Assembly: GCA_038064895.1 (NCBI GenBank)
Contig: JBBTSA010000002.1
Location: 8,942 to 72,941, forward strand
Direction of reading: 5' to 3'
Source: Patescibacteria group bacterium
GTDB taxonomy: Bacteria; Patescibacteriota; Microgenomatia; Daviesbacterales; UBA10151
DNA: 64,000 bases
Shown here: in pieces, positions 55,889 to 64,000 of the stretch
Layout: each line of letters begins with the position of its first letter
Position numbering within the stretch: position 1 is the stretch's first letter
Notes under the pieces: model-generated
What the model was told of the DNA's origin: nothing
Databases searched by the model: none
What the model saw: only the letters and a program-made list of their open reading frames with translations
Position numbers and translations under genes: made by a program

Positions 55889-56884
55889 CTAATTCCCTTT
55901 TCTTAAAGCCTTTTTGAGAATTAACCCCAGATCTATTTTTAGGAAGAACGCTGAAACTATTCCAAAAATTAATATAAAAACGGCTGAAAGGATATGAAAA
56001 AGTACAGTCATGGCTGAAGCTAAATTAGCTCCTATTCCAAATACTCCTGATAGAATCAGCAGACCGGAAGCCTCTGCAGATCCTACATATCCCGGTGCAG
56101 CAGGAATAAGATAAGTTAGTGCGGATAAAAGCTGGCCTAAGTACATTTTTAAAAAGTTTTGAGGAAATCCCAAAGCTATAAAAGTAAAATACCAGATATA
56201 AGCATCCGCAATGTATCCTAAAACTGTAAATAAAGAAAGCAAAAATAAATCCCTGGGATGCCTTTTAAGTATACTAAAGGATTCTAAAATGAAAATACTA
56301 AATCTATCAAAATATATCTTAATATCATTAAATATTAATAGATGCTTCAAAAAACCGATCATTTTTCTCGTAAAAGTTATCTGAAATATAGCAAAATAGG
56401 TTAAAACTAAAGCTGTTGCAAATATAATTGTTATGAAAATTATAATATTTATATCCAAGGCTGTTGGAATAAGCAGTAAAAGTACTGCTGCTAAAAGTAA
56501 GACTACTAAAAAATCAACAAATCTGTCCAAAAAAACCCAGATAACTGACTTTGCAAGAGGTAGGCCAAAACGGGTATTTAAATAAATACCTTTTGCTATT
56601 TCTCCTGCCCTGATTGGAATATAAAAGTTTAGCATCATTGCCACTCCATTTAGAAATATTAGATCCTTAAGAGCAATATCTTTAATATTTTTTAAAAAAA
56701 TTTTTAACCGAATCGCCCGAATTACAGGTGACGCTAACATAAACAGGAAGACTGGTATCAAATTTAAAAATTTAAGATTTGAAAGGGTTGAAAAAATTTC
56801 TTCCAAATCAACAAACTGAAACCAAATTAGGATTAAAATCAAGCCTATTGCACTGTTTATAAAAATCCCTCTTAATGTTTTCAT
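55889..56884 (-). CDS. Flippase-like / lysylphosphatidylglycerol synthase TM-domain protein
   Basis: IRAIR, PIRAGE, LDRFVD, PAAPGYVG; multi-TM. Confidence 0.85.
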   Translation of the reverse strand: MKTLRGIFINSAIGLILILIWFQFVDLEEIFSTLSNLKFLNLIPVFLFMLASPVIRAIRLKIFLKNIKDIALKDLIFLNGVAMMLNFYIPIRAGEIAKGIYLNTRFGLPLAKSVIWVFLDRFVDFLVVLLLAAVLLLLIPTALDINIIIFITIIFATALVLTYFAIFQITFTRKMIGFLKHLLIFNDIKIYFDRFSIFILESFSILKRHPRDLFLLSLFTVLGYIADAYIWYFTFIALGFPQNFLKMYLGQLLSALTYLIPAAPGYVGSAEASGLLILSGVFGIGANLASAMTVLFHILSAVFILIFGIVSAFFLKIDLGLILKKALRKGN

Positions 56885-56930
56885 TGAAAATATGGCATCT
56901 ATTAATATACACTTAATATACACTATTTAT

Positions 56931-57743
56931 ATGTTTTCATCTTTGAGAATGCGAATTATTTTGGGAATATATATATTTATCATTATCTCCATTCCAATTG
57001 GGGCATACCTTGCATCAGAGCAAACTATCTTCAAAGGCAAAGCCCAGGAGAAAAAAACTATAACAAAACCCCCTTCCAGTCCTAAAGCATCGCCCGCAAA
57101 GAATTTAAATGATCTTTCGGAAGGTACAGAAGATAAAGAAAGCATAGCTACCTCTTTTGGCCCAACGCTAAGTTTAAAAGTAGCCCTTGAAGGAAGACCC
57201 AAGGATAAACAGTCAGGCAAATTATTTGTTGGTATCATAGAGGGTTTGGTAAGTTTGAACCCAAAATTCTTACTTAGCTTCACTATAGATGTTCCTGCAG
57301 GAGGAGAATACAGCGGTTTATCCCTGGCAGGATTAACCCCGGGGACACGCTATTCTGCTTTACTTAAGGGTCCTGCGCAAATTGCATCAGCATCAGCATT
57401 TATTATGACCCCGACAGTAAGTAATTTAAATTCGGGCGATACTATAGCTTTGCTAACTGGCGATTTAAATGAGGATAACACAATAAATTCCCAGGACTAT
57501 TCCATTGCCCAAAAAGCGCAAGGCTCGACTTCTAAATCTTCAAACTGGAATGAAAATGCGGATTTTAATAAGGATGGCACAGTAAATGCATTTGATTTAG
57601 CAATCATTACTAAAAACTTCGGCAAAATTGGGGATTCGGGACCTTGGACTTCTCCTATACCAACAAAAGAAGCTTCAAAGTCGGCAGGCTTAGTTACTCC
57701 CCCAAACTCAGGCGGCTACTGGTTCTGGTTGCCAAGTTTTTAA
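56931..57743 (+). CDS. Membrane-anchored protein with dockerin type I-like repeats
   Basis: GDLNEDNTINSQDY and ADFNKDGTVNAFDL. Confidence 0.8.
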   Translation: MFSSLRMRIILGIYIFIIISIPIGAYLASEQTIFKGKAQEKKTITKPPSSPKASPAKNLNDLSEGTEDKESIATSFGPTLSLKVALEGRPKDKQSGKLFVGIIEGLVSLNPKFLLSFTIDVPAGGEYSGLSLAGLTPGTRYSALLKGPAQIASASAFIMTPTVSNLNSGDTIALLTGDLNEDNTINSQDYSIAQKAQGSTSKSSNWNENADFNKDGTVNAFDLAIITKNFGKIGDSGPWTSPIPTKEASKSAGLVTPPNSGGYWFWLPSF

Positions 57744-57776
57744 CACGAACTTGACCACGAACTTGACCACTTGACA
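57744..57776. repeat. Short tandem repeat ending in a -35 box
   Basis: cacgaacttgac cacgaacttgac cacTTGACA. Confidence 0.6.
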
Positions 57777-57806
57777 AATGCAAAAAAATAGGTTTAGACT
57801 AAAGAT

Positions 57807-58100
57807 ATGGATGTAAAAAGTTTGGTTTTGATGATTGATATACTAGGGATTGGTGTGGGACTTACCTCTCTTTGGGTAATAATCTCTACTTCTACTAAGG
57901 TTGGAGGTCAGGTAGGCAGCTCCTTTAACTTTGTACTTTTGGGAATTCTTTTTCAGATGGCTGCCATTATTTATACAATAATTTTTACGAGGCTTAAGCT
58001 TTTATCGGCACCTGCACTTGATATCCATCACGCCTTAATGGTCATTGGACTAATCCTTTTTGTGGTTGCTGCGAAAAAATTTTCCGATTTGTCAAGATAA
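57807..58100 (+). CDS. Three-TM membrane protein, putative sensor subunit
   Basis: Three TMs, immediately upstream of a kinase that has no TM. Confidence 0.65.
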   Translation: MDVKSLVLMIDILGIGVGLTSLWVIISTSTKVGGQVGSSFNFVLLGILFQMAAIIYTIIFTRLKLLSAPALDIHHALMVIGLILFVVAAKKFSDLSR

Positions 58101-58103
58101 TGT

Positions 58104-59708
58104 ATGTTCCTGCCCTCATTTCTACGAAGGAAAGGCCCAAATAATGGGCTCGAAGAAAAGTCCAATCAACAAGACTTGCTCCCTCCACTTGTAGAATTTG
58201 CCTATAAATTGGGGCAGGAAAAAATTGGGGTCAAAATCAATACCTTAGGCTCAAAGCCAAGCAGTCAATCCTCAAGAGAGGCTCTCCCGCAATACATTAA
58301 GCATGTTTATGACCTTTTGGCAATAAGTCTTGGACCGCAAGTTGCAAGAGAGTTATTTGAATCTCAACTGACACTTTTTAAAAAGACATACGGAGTAAAT
58401 CAGAAGTATTTTGAGCTCCTTAAAGAGTTGCCAATTCCGGTCATGGGAGCAGAAAGACTTGCTGTTTTAAATAGGGCTGAACTTGAAAATGAACTTAAGC
58501 TTCGTATCAAAGAGTTAGAAGAAATTAAGGCCAATCTTGAAAAAACCGTTTTGGAGCGAACCAAAACAATAACCGCTGAAAGAAATAAATTATCCCTTAT
58601 TCTCTCCGGCATTACAGATGCAGTAATAGCTTTGGATCTAAACCGAAGCGTTGTTACGTTCAACAGGGGTGCAGAGCGCCTAATCGGTATTTCTCAGCAA
58701 GATGCCTTGGGCAAACCAATAAGTAACCTGATCAAGTTTTTTTCCAAAGACAGAGAGATGTTTACTCAAGAATATACCCCTTTTAGAGGAGACGGTTTTG
58801 AAGGAGAAACACTAAATCTTGAAGGCTTAAAAATAAAAAGTTTCAATGGGAAGGAAGTCTTTGTTAATTTAAGAGTAGGACAAATCAGGGAAGGTCCATT
58901 TGTAAATTTGGGTTGTATTTTAACTTTACATGATGTAACGCAAGAAAAGAAGCTTGAGGAAATGAAACTTGATTTTGTATCCATGGCTGCTCACGAGTTG
59001 CGTACTCCCTTAACTGCACTTAAAGGATACATATATGTTTTTTCAAAAAATCTTATCAACGTTTTAAATGAGCAACAAAAAACCTACCTTTTAAGGATGA
59101 ATATTGCAAGCCAAAGGCTTATTGCATTGGTTGAAAATCTTTTAAATGTTTCAAGAATTGAAAGGGGAAGTTTAACGCTTCATTTGGAGGAAGTTGATTG
59201 GGTTGGAAATGTAAAAGCAACTGTTTCAGAACTTTTAGATGAAGTCAGAGAGAAAAATCAGGAGCTTGCAATAATTGAGCCTACAAAACCTTTGCCGAAA
59301 GTGAAAGTTGATAAATTCAGAATGAACGAGGTATTATCAAACCTTCTTTCAAATGCCATATCATATACCCCAACAGGTGGTAAAATTAAAGTATGGTTTG
59401 ACTGCTCTCCTGATGAGGTTATAACTTATGTTGAAGATAATGGCCAGGGTATTCCAAAAGAAGCTCTGCCTCATCTTTTTACAAAATTCTTTAGGGTTTC
59501 AGGAGTGTTGGAACAGGGCTCAAAAGGCACGGGACTGGGGCTTTATATTGCAAAATCTATTGTTGATCTGCACAAAGGCAAAATACGGGCTACCTCTGAA
59601 GGGTTAGGCAAAGGTTCAACTTTCAGCTTCTCAATACCTATAAAGGAGCAAGTGGTAAGTCAGATAAAAAGTATTCCTGATGGTAAAATATACATAGGAC
59701 GTATCTAA
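58104..59708 (+). CDS. PAS-domain sensor histidine kinase
   Basis: DAVIALD..FNRGAE PAS, AAHELRTPL, NLLSNA, DNGQG, GTGLGL. Confidence 0.95.
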   Translation: MFLPSFLRRKGPNNGLEEKSNQQDLLPPLVEFAYKLGQEKIGVKINTLGSKPSSQSSREALPQYIKHVYDLLAISLGPQVARELFESQLTLFKKTYGVNQKYFELLKELPIPVMGAERLAVLNRAELENELKLRIKELEEIKANLEKTVLERTKTITAERNKLSLILSGITDAVIALDLNRSVVTFNRGAERLIGISQQDALGKPISNLIKFFSKDREMFTQEYTPFRGDGFEGETLNLEGLKIKSFNGKEVFVNLRVGQIREGPFVNLGCILTLHDVTQEKKLEEMKLDFVSMAAHELRTPLTALKGYIYVFSKNLINVLNEQQKTYLLRMNIASQRLIALVENLLNVSRIERGSLTLHLEEVDWVGNVKATVSELLDEVREKNQELAIIEPTKPLPKVKVDKFRMNEVLSNLLSNAISYTPTGGKIKVWFDCSPDEVITYVEDNGQGIPKEALPHLFTKFFRVSGVLEQGSKGTGLGLYIAKSIVDLHKGKIRATSEGLGKGSTFSFSIPIKEQVVSQIKSIPDGKIYIGRI

Positions 59709-59714
59709 AATAAA

Positions 59715-60131
59715 ATGAACAATGGTAAAAAGGTACTGCTTATTGAAGATGAATTCTTCATAAGTGACTTATACAAACATATTTTATCCGATGCAGGAAT
59801 TAGGGTAGAAGTAGCAGAAGATGGTGAGCAGGCTTTACAAAAATCAAAGGCTGATAATATTGGTTTAATACTGTTGGATATCATGCTGCCAGGGCTTAAT
59901 GGCATTGAAGTTTTAAAAAAATTAAAAGAAGATCCCCTGTACCGAACAATTCCTGTTGTGCTTCTTACAAATTTAGTACAATCATCTGTTGTGAAACTTG
60001 CTTATAACCTAGGAGCTTCCGGATATCTTTTAAAGGTCAGTTTAAAACCAGAGGACCTTGTAAGATGTGTTCAAGATTATTTCAAAAACCCAAATCTCAA
60101 GATGAGGTATGAGACTTTGGATTTGGATTAG
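59715..60131 (+). CDS. Single-domain response regulator
   Basis: LLIEDE, LLDIMLP, LTN, YLLK. Confidence 0.93.
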   Translation: MNNGKKVLLIEDEFFISDLYKHILSDAGIRVEVAEDGEQALQKSKADNIGLILLDIMLPGLNGIEVLKKLKEDPLYRTIPVVLLTNLVQSSVVKLAYNLGASGYLLKVSLKPEDLVRCVQDYFKNPNLKMRYETLDLD

Positions 60132-60137
60132 CCAATC

Positions 60138-60545
60138 ATGGATAAAAAAATACTTTTGATTGAGGATGATGATTTAATAAGACAGCTTTATGCGGATCAG
60201 ATGAGGGCAGCTGGCTTAGAAGTTTTTGATTTCCCTGATGGAAAATCAGGGCTTGCGGCCTTAAGACAGCAAAAGTATGACCTTATACTTTTGGATATAA
60301 TGCTTCCTGACATCAATGGTTTGGAAATTTTAAAGCAAATTAAACAAGATAATGGATTAAAATCCATCCCTGTTGTGCTTCTTACAAATTTAGGACAGGA
60401 TACTATTATAAAGGAAGGATTTAAACTGGGAGCTGATGCATATCTTATAAAGCTTGCTTATAATACTGACCAGATTATAACAGAGGTTAAAAATATATTA
60501 GCAGGCCAAATGCCCCAAAAACCCCAAGAGTTGACCCCGATTTAA
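60138..60545 (+). CDS. Single-domain response regulator
   Basis: LLIEDD, LLDIMLP, LTN, YLIK. Confidence 0.93.
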   Translation: MDKKILLIEDDDLIRQLYADQMRAAGLEVFDFPDGKSGLAALRQQKYDLILLDIMLPDINGLEILKQIKQDNGLKSIPVVLLTNLGQDTIIKEGFKLGADAYLIKLAYNTDQIITEVKNILAGQMPQKPQELTPI

Positions 60546-60582
60546 TCGTGGTTGACAAACCAGTAAGTTTTGGATAGAATAG

Positions 60583-60629
60583 TTTTGCTTAAGACAGTAG
60601 GTGCCTAACTAAGTCCTACCGAGGCAAAA
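60583..60629 (+). promoter_or_regulatory. L10 leader (ribosomal protein autoregulatory RNA), compact
   Basis: ttttgctt aagacagtagg...taa.tcctaccgagg caaaa directly before rplJ; TTGACA/TAGAAT promoter upstream. Confidence 0.8.
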
Positions 60630-60630
60630 A

Positions 60631-61161
60631 ATGCCAAAAACAAGACAACAAAAAGAGAAAGAGGTTAAATCTTTATCAGATAAGCTTTCTAGAGCCAAGT
60701 CTGTTGTTTTTGCTGACTTTCGAGGCTTAAGTATGAAATATTTATCAGCGCTTCGTAATCAGCTGCGTGACCAGCAAGCAGAGTTTACCATCACTAAAAA
60801 TACTCTACTTAAACGTGCCCTTCCAGCATCCAACTTCCAACTTCCAACTTCCAGCCTAGAGGGTCCTACAGCAGCGCTCTTTGCTTATGATGATGAAATC
60901 TCTCCAATTAAAATTTTGGTTAAAACCTTAAAAGATACAGGGTTTGGTAAGGTCAAAATGGGTTTTTTAGGTCCAGATTCACTTGATGAAGCCAAAATCT
61001 TACAGCTTGCCACCCTACCTACAAAGATTGAATTAAGAGGTCAGACAGTAGGAGTTTTAGCTGCTCCACTACAAGGAATGGTAGGAGTACTTATGGGGAA
61101 TATACGTAATCTAGCATATGCATTAGATCAGATTCGTTTACAGAAAGGGGGTGTTTCGTAA
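60631..61161 (+). CDS. rplJ: 50S ribosomal protein L10
   Basis: [29 protein letters not shown]. Confidence 0.95.
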   Translation: MPKTRQQKEKEVKSLSDKLSRAKSVVFADFRGLSMKYLSALRNQLRDQQAEFTITKNTLLKRALPASNFQLPTSSLEGPTAALFAYDDEISPIKILVKTLKDTGFGKVKMGFLGPDSLDEAKILQLATLPTKIELRGQTVGVLAAPLQGMVGVLMGNIRNLAYALDQIRLQKGGVS

Positions 61162-61682
61162 TGGCAGACGATCAACAAAAACAAGATCAACCACAAGTCA
61201 AAGACACTAACCAAAGTGGAAGTGCTGAAGAGCCTAAACTTGAAGAAAAACCGGTTCCAAAACCAGTCAAAGATACTGAGCAAAGTCGAAGTATATCAGC
61301 CAGTTTAGAAAAGATAATTGAACAAATAGAAAAATTATCAGTTCTTGAACTAGCTGATTTAGTACATGCTTTGGAAGACAGGTTTGGTGTTAGCGCATCA
61401 GCACCAGTAGCTGTTGCAACATCAGGAGCAGAAGGTGGACCCGCAGCAGGCGAACCGGAGGAAGAAAAAACTACATTTAATGTTATTCTTTCAGCATCTG
61501 GTGCTAATAAAATTGCAGTTATTAAAGCTGTAAGAGAACTTGTTCCAACTTTAGGGCTTAAAGAAGCTAAAGATTTGGTAGAAGCAGCTCCAAAACCAGT
61601 ACTTGAGAGTGTCAACAAGCAAACAGCAGAAGAGGCTAAGACAAAATTAACAGCCACAGGAGCTACAGTTGAATTACAATAA
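61161..61682 (+). CDS. rplL: 50S ribosomal protein L7/L12 with N-terminal extension
   Basis: [31 protein letters not shown]. Confidence 0.97.
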   Translation: MADDQQKQDQPQVKDTNQSGSAEEPKLEEKPVPKPVKDTEQSRSISASLEKIIEQIEKLSVLELADLVHALEDRFGVSASAPVAVATSGAEGGPAAGEPEEEKTTFNVILSASGANKIAVIKAVRELVPTLGLKEAKDLVEAAPKPVLESVNKQTAEEAKTKLTATGATVELQ

Positions 61683-61805
61683 CAGGATAAGAGTATATAG
61701 TTTCTAGTTACTCATTACCTATTGACATCCTCTGAAACCATGTGATATATATTGAGACAGAATGGCTGATGAAGATCATAAATGATCTTCTCTGACCATA
61801 TAAAT

Positions 61806-62042
61806 ATGGCAGATAAATTATCACTTGAGAATCTCCCTGACCTTTTAACTGTTAGAGAAGTTGCTGAAGTTTTAAGGGTCTCCCCTTTAACCATCAAGAG
61901 ATGGGGTAAAAGAGGAAAACTCCCTGCAATAAGAATAAATTCCAGAGGAGATAGAAGATATAAGAAAGAAGCCGTGCTATGGTTACTAGGAATAACTCAG
62001 AAAAACACCGGAACTGAATCAAGTACACCAACCACCTATTAA
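61806..62042 (+). CDS. HTH_17 / excisionase-like (BldC-like) DNA-binding protein
   Basis: LLTVREVAEVLRVSPLTIKRW...G.RRY. Confidence 0.88.
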   Translation: MADKLSLENLPDLLTVREVAEVLRVSPLTIKRWGKRGKLPAIRINSRGDRRYKKEAVLWLLGITQKNTGTESSTPTTY

Positions 62043-62163
62043 ATTTCTAATTACTAATTTCTAATTGACCTAAATAATGACTTAATGTCTAATGTCCCAA
62101 TTTAGTCATTTGGTCATTGGGATTTGATTAGAAATTAGGTTAATTAGGTTAATTAGGGCAATT
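62042..62163. repeat. Inverted copy of the 54247-54360 element
   Basis: Reverse complement aligns end to end with 54247-54360. Confidence 0.85.
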
Positions 62164-62236
62164 TAGCACTTTACTACTCTATTCTGCTAATTACCGATGA
62201 ATATGTTGTCCTAAAGCCAAATCCGCCAGCAGCGGA

Positions 62237-62743
62237 TCATTCAGTAGCTATTTGTGGACGAACCGAATAGTTTGGATTTTGTTCAAAACTAATTTCTCCC
62301 TTTTTCTCAATAATATAGTAAGCAAAACCCTGCTTTTCTAAAATAGGCTTTAAATCTTCCAAAGCAGAATCAAGAAAACCAATCCTTAAAACTGCTAAAA
62401 AGCTACTGCCTGTATTCACAATGCACATTCCCCATCCTGCCGGCAGCAAAACCTGTTTTCCGGGATTTAAACTTACCACCTTAAATTCCTTTGCCTCTCC
62501 TTTCTCATCATTCCTTTGTATAATAAATATTCCCTTCCCATATAAACACTGATAGGTCTGCAGTCCGGGAAAATTACTAAAATAGCCCAGGGTTTTATTA
62601 AATTCTATTCCATTCTTTCCGGGAGATAGCACAATTATAGCTTGTTCGTTATCCGAAATTATATAGTATGGAGTTTTTATAGCTCCTCTTACGCCTTTCA
62701 TCAGTACAGGTTTTAAATCTTTTTTTGTTTTGGAAATTACCAT
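62237..62743 (-). CDS. Cupin-type (archaeal-type) glucose-6-phosphate isomerase-like protein
   Basis: EFNKTLGY, YQCLYGKG.FIIQ, LPAGW..IVNTG, GFAYY; the usual metal-binding His residues appear altered. Confidence 0.6.
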   Translation of the reverse strand: MVISKTKKDLKPVLMKGVRGAIKTPYYIISDNEQAIIVLSPGKNGIEFNKTLGYFSNFPGLQTYQCLYGKGIFIIQRNDEKGEAKEFKVVSLNPGKQVLLPAGWGMCIVNTGSSFLAVLRIGFLDSALEDLKPILEKQGFAYYIIEKKGEISFEQNPNYSVRPQIATE

Positions 62744-62758
62744 ATATTTTTAAGAATA

Positions 62759-63520
62759 TCACACTTTGTCATCTCCATGAAAGTCTTTCGAATTCCTTAT
62801 CAAATACCACACATATTTTAGAAGGGCAAATTGTCTTTTTATTCTCCAGGGCTGCAATATTAGCCTGAACAACCATTCAAATCCTAAATTCCTTATCCAG
62901 ATTGGTGCTCTTTGCACTCTACCTGATAGATAATCAAATGCCCCGCCAACACCCATGGCTACCTTAACATCCAAGTTTGGTAAATTTTTTGCAATCCATT
63001 TTTCCTGTTTTGGTGGACCAAAAGCTACAAAAAGAATATCTACCTCATCGTCATTGCGATCCCGCACCATATGGTGCGGGAGTGGCAATCTTTTATTAAC
63101 AATGACATTCCCATTGTTATCAACCTCTCCACCATTTTCAGCGAAAACAATGTTAAGTTTTGGGTATTTTCGCAACAAGCACTTAGCACACCTTTCTGCT
63201 ACCCCGTCCCTAGCTCCTAAAAGGCCTATTGTGAAGCCCTTTTCGGAAGACAGCTTAATTAGCTCCTCCATAAAGTCTATCCCGGGAATATGACAAACTA
63301 TATCACCTGTTAATCTTAATCCCTTTCCATCAGGAATAGCCAGATCTGCTTTATTGATAATATCCAGAATCCTCTTATCACTCCGTGCCATCATTACAAT
63401 CTCGGGATTAGGGGTAACAATGTAGTGCTTTTTGCCATTTTCCAACCATTTCTCCACCACTTTTATAGCCTGTTCCATATTTACATCATCAATTTTTACT
63501 CCAAGAACATACTTTTTCAT
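62759..63520 (-). CDS. WecB/TagA/CpsF-family glycosyltransferase
   Basis: IVTPNPE, IPDG, FVAFGPPKQEKW, GVGGAFD, GFEWLFRL; ATG at 63520. Confidence 0.93.
   Translation of the reverse strand: MKKYVLGVKIDDVNMEQAIKVVEKWLENGKKHYIVTPNPEIVMMARSDKRILDIINKADLAIPDGKGLRLTGDIVCHIPGIDFMEELIKLSSEKGFTIGLLGARDGVAERCAKCLLRKYPKLNIVFAENGGEVDNNGNVIVNKRLPLPHHMVRDRNDDEVDILFVAFGPPKQEKWIAKNLPNLDVKVAMGVGGAFDYLSGRVQRAPIWIRNLGFEWLFRLILQPWRIKRQFALLKYVWYLIRNSKDFHGDDKV
63049..63091. repeat. In-frame half CGTCATTGCGA element in the TagA-like gene
   Basis: cgtcattgcga[tcccgcaccatatggtgcggga]gtggcaatct. Confidence 0.85.
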
Positions 63521-64000
63521 TTTGCTGCTTCCTCCAAAATTTTTAGGGTTTCTTTCGCAGTTTTCTCCCAAGAGAATCTTTTTACATTCTCAAATCCGGC
63601 TTTAACGATTTGAGATTTGACATTTGAGATTTGACATTTTCCCATACCTTTAACTATATCATCTACAGAATACGGATTTACATATATTGCCCCTTTCCCG
63701 GCCACTTCAGGCATGGAGGATATGTTAGAAGTAACAACCGGACATCCACAGGCTTGAGCTTCCAAAATAGGCAGGCCAAAACCTTCAAAAAGGGAGGGAA
63801 ATGTTAAAGCTATGGCCCCCGAATACAAAGCCGGCAGATCTTTATCAGGCACATAGCCTAAGAACTTCACTTTATCCTCTATTCCAAGCTCCTTTGGCAA
63901 TCTATATATTTCATCTGCTAGCCAGCCTTTGGAACCTGCTATGACTAAATGAATGTCATTGCGAGGGTTCGAAAAACCCGAAGCAATCTTTTTTTGAGAG
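63517..64000 (-). CDS. GT4-family glycosyltransferase, C-terminal part
   Basis: FPSLFEGFGLPILEAQACG; reading frame open to the window edge. Confidence 0.93.
   Translation of the reverse strand, partial: SQKKIASGFSNPRNDIHLVIAGSKGWLADEIYRLPKELGIEDKVKFLGYVPDKDLPALYSGAIALTFPSLFEGFGLPILEAQACGCPVVTSNISSMPEVAGKGAIYVNPYSVDDIVKGMGKCQISNVKSQIVKAGFENVKRFSWEKTAKETLKILEEAAK
63954..64000. repeat. In-frame GTCATTGCGAG element in the GT4 gene
   Basis: tgtcattgcgagggttcgaaaaacccgaagcaatct. Confidence 0.8.

Noticed and set aside
61806-62042. Prophage or ICE excisionase
   Set aside because: No integrase or phage genes nearby; more likely a stand-alone chromosomal regulator.
2322-63613. Numerous 60-160 aa antisense or overlapping ORFs in the track
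   Set aside because: They are shadows of well-supported genes on the opposite strand or in another frame, with no motifs of their own.

Overview
AT-rich bacterial chromosome segment whose gene content and protein style suggest Patescibacteria (CPR), most likely Microgenomates (Daviesbacteria-like); this taxonomy is an inference. Core genes: pyrG (partial), topA, a membrane-anchored Clp-type ATPase, dprA, mrdA-mreD-mreC, pyrFECD, mreB, def-fmt, rpmB, two tRNA-Thr, rpmG, tRNA-Trp, class A PBP, secE-nusG-rplK-rplA, rplJ-rplL and glycosyltransferases. They are interleaved with orphan genes, five intact and two relic toxin-antitoxin modules, and two paralogous secreted-protein cassettes. Three sequence layers are not explained by the gene list. 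(1) Accessory modules are bounded by short duplicated copies of neighbouring gene ends, most clearly between the PBP and ASCH genes, where two alternative cargo blocks are stacked; no integrase is visible. (2) Period-7 repeat tracts, each with a different unit, lie in-frame in many housekeeping genes and also form inverted arms around a four-helix-bundle (Avd/IVP-like) gene and ORF-less intergenic hairpin elements. (3) GA-rich palindromic elements, often nested in one another, lie in-frame in proteins and build much of the N-terminal extensions of NusG and L1. A probable 6S RNA, tRNAs with non-canonical T-loops and many apparently leaderless promoters are also present. Everything was read by eye; no searches or folding were run.
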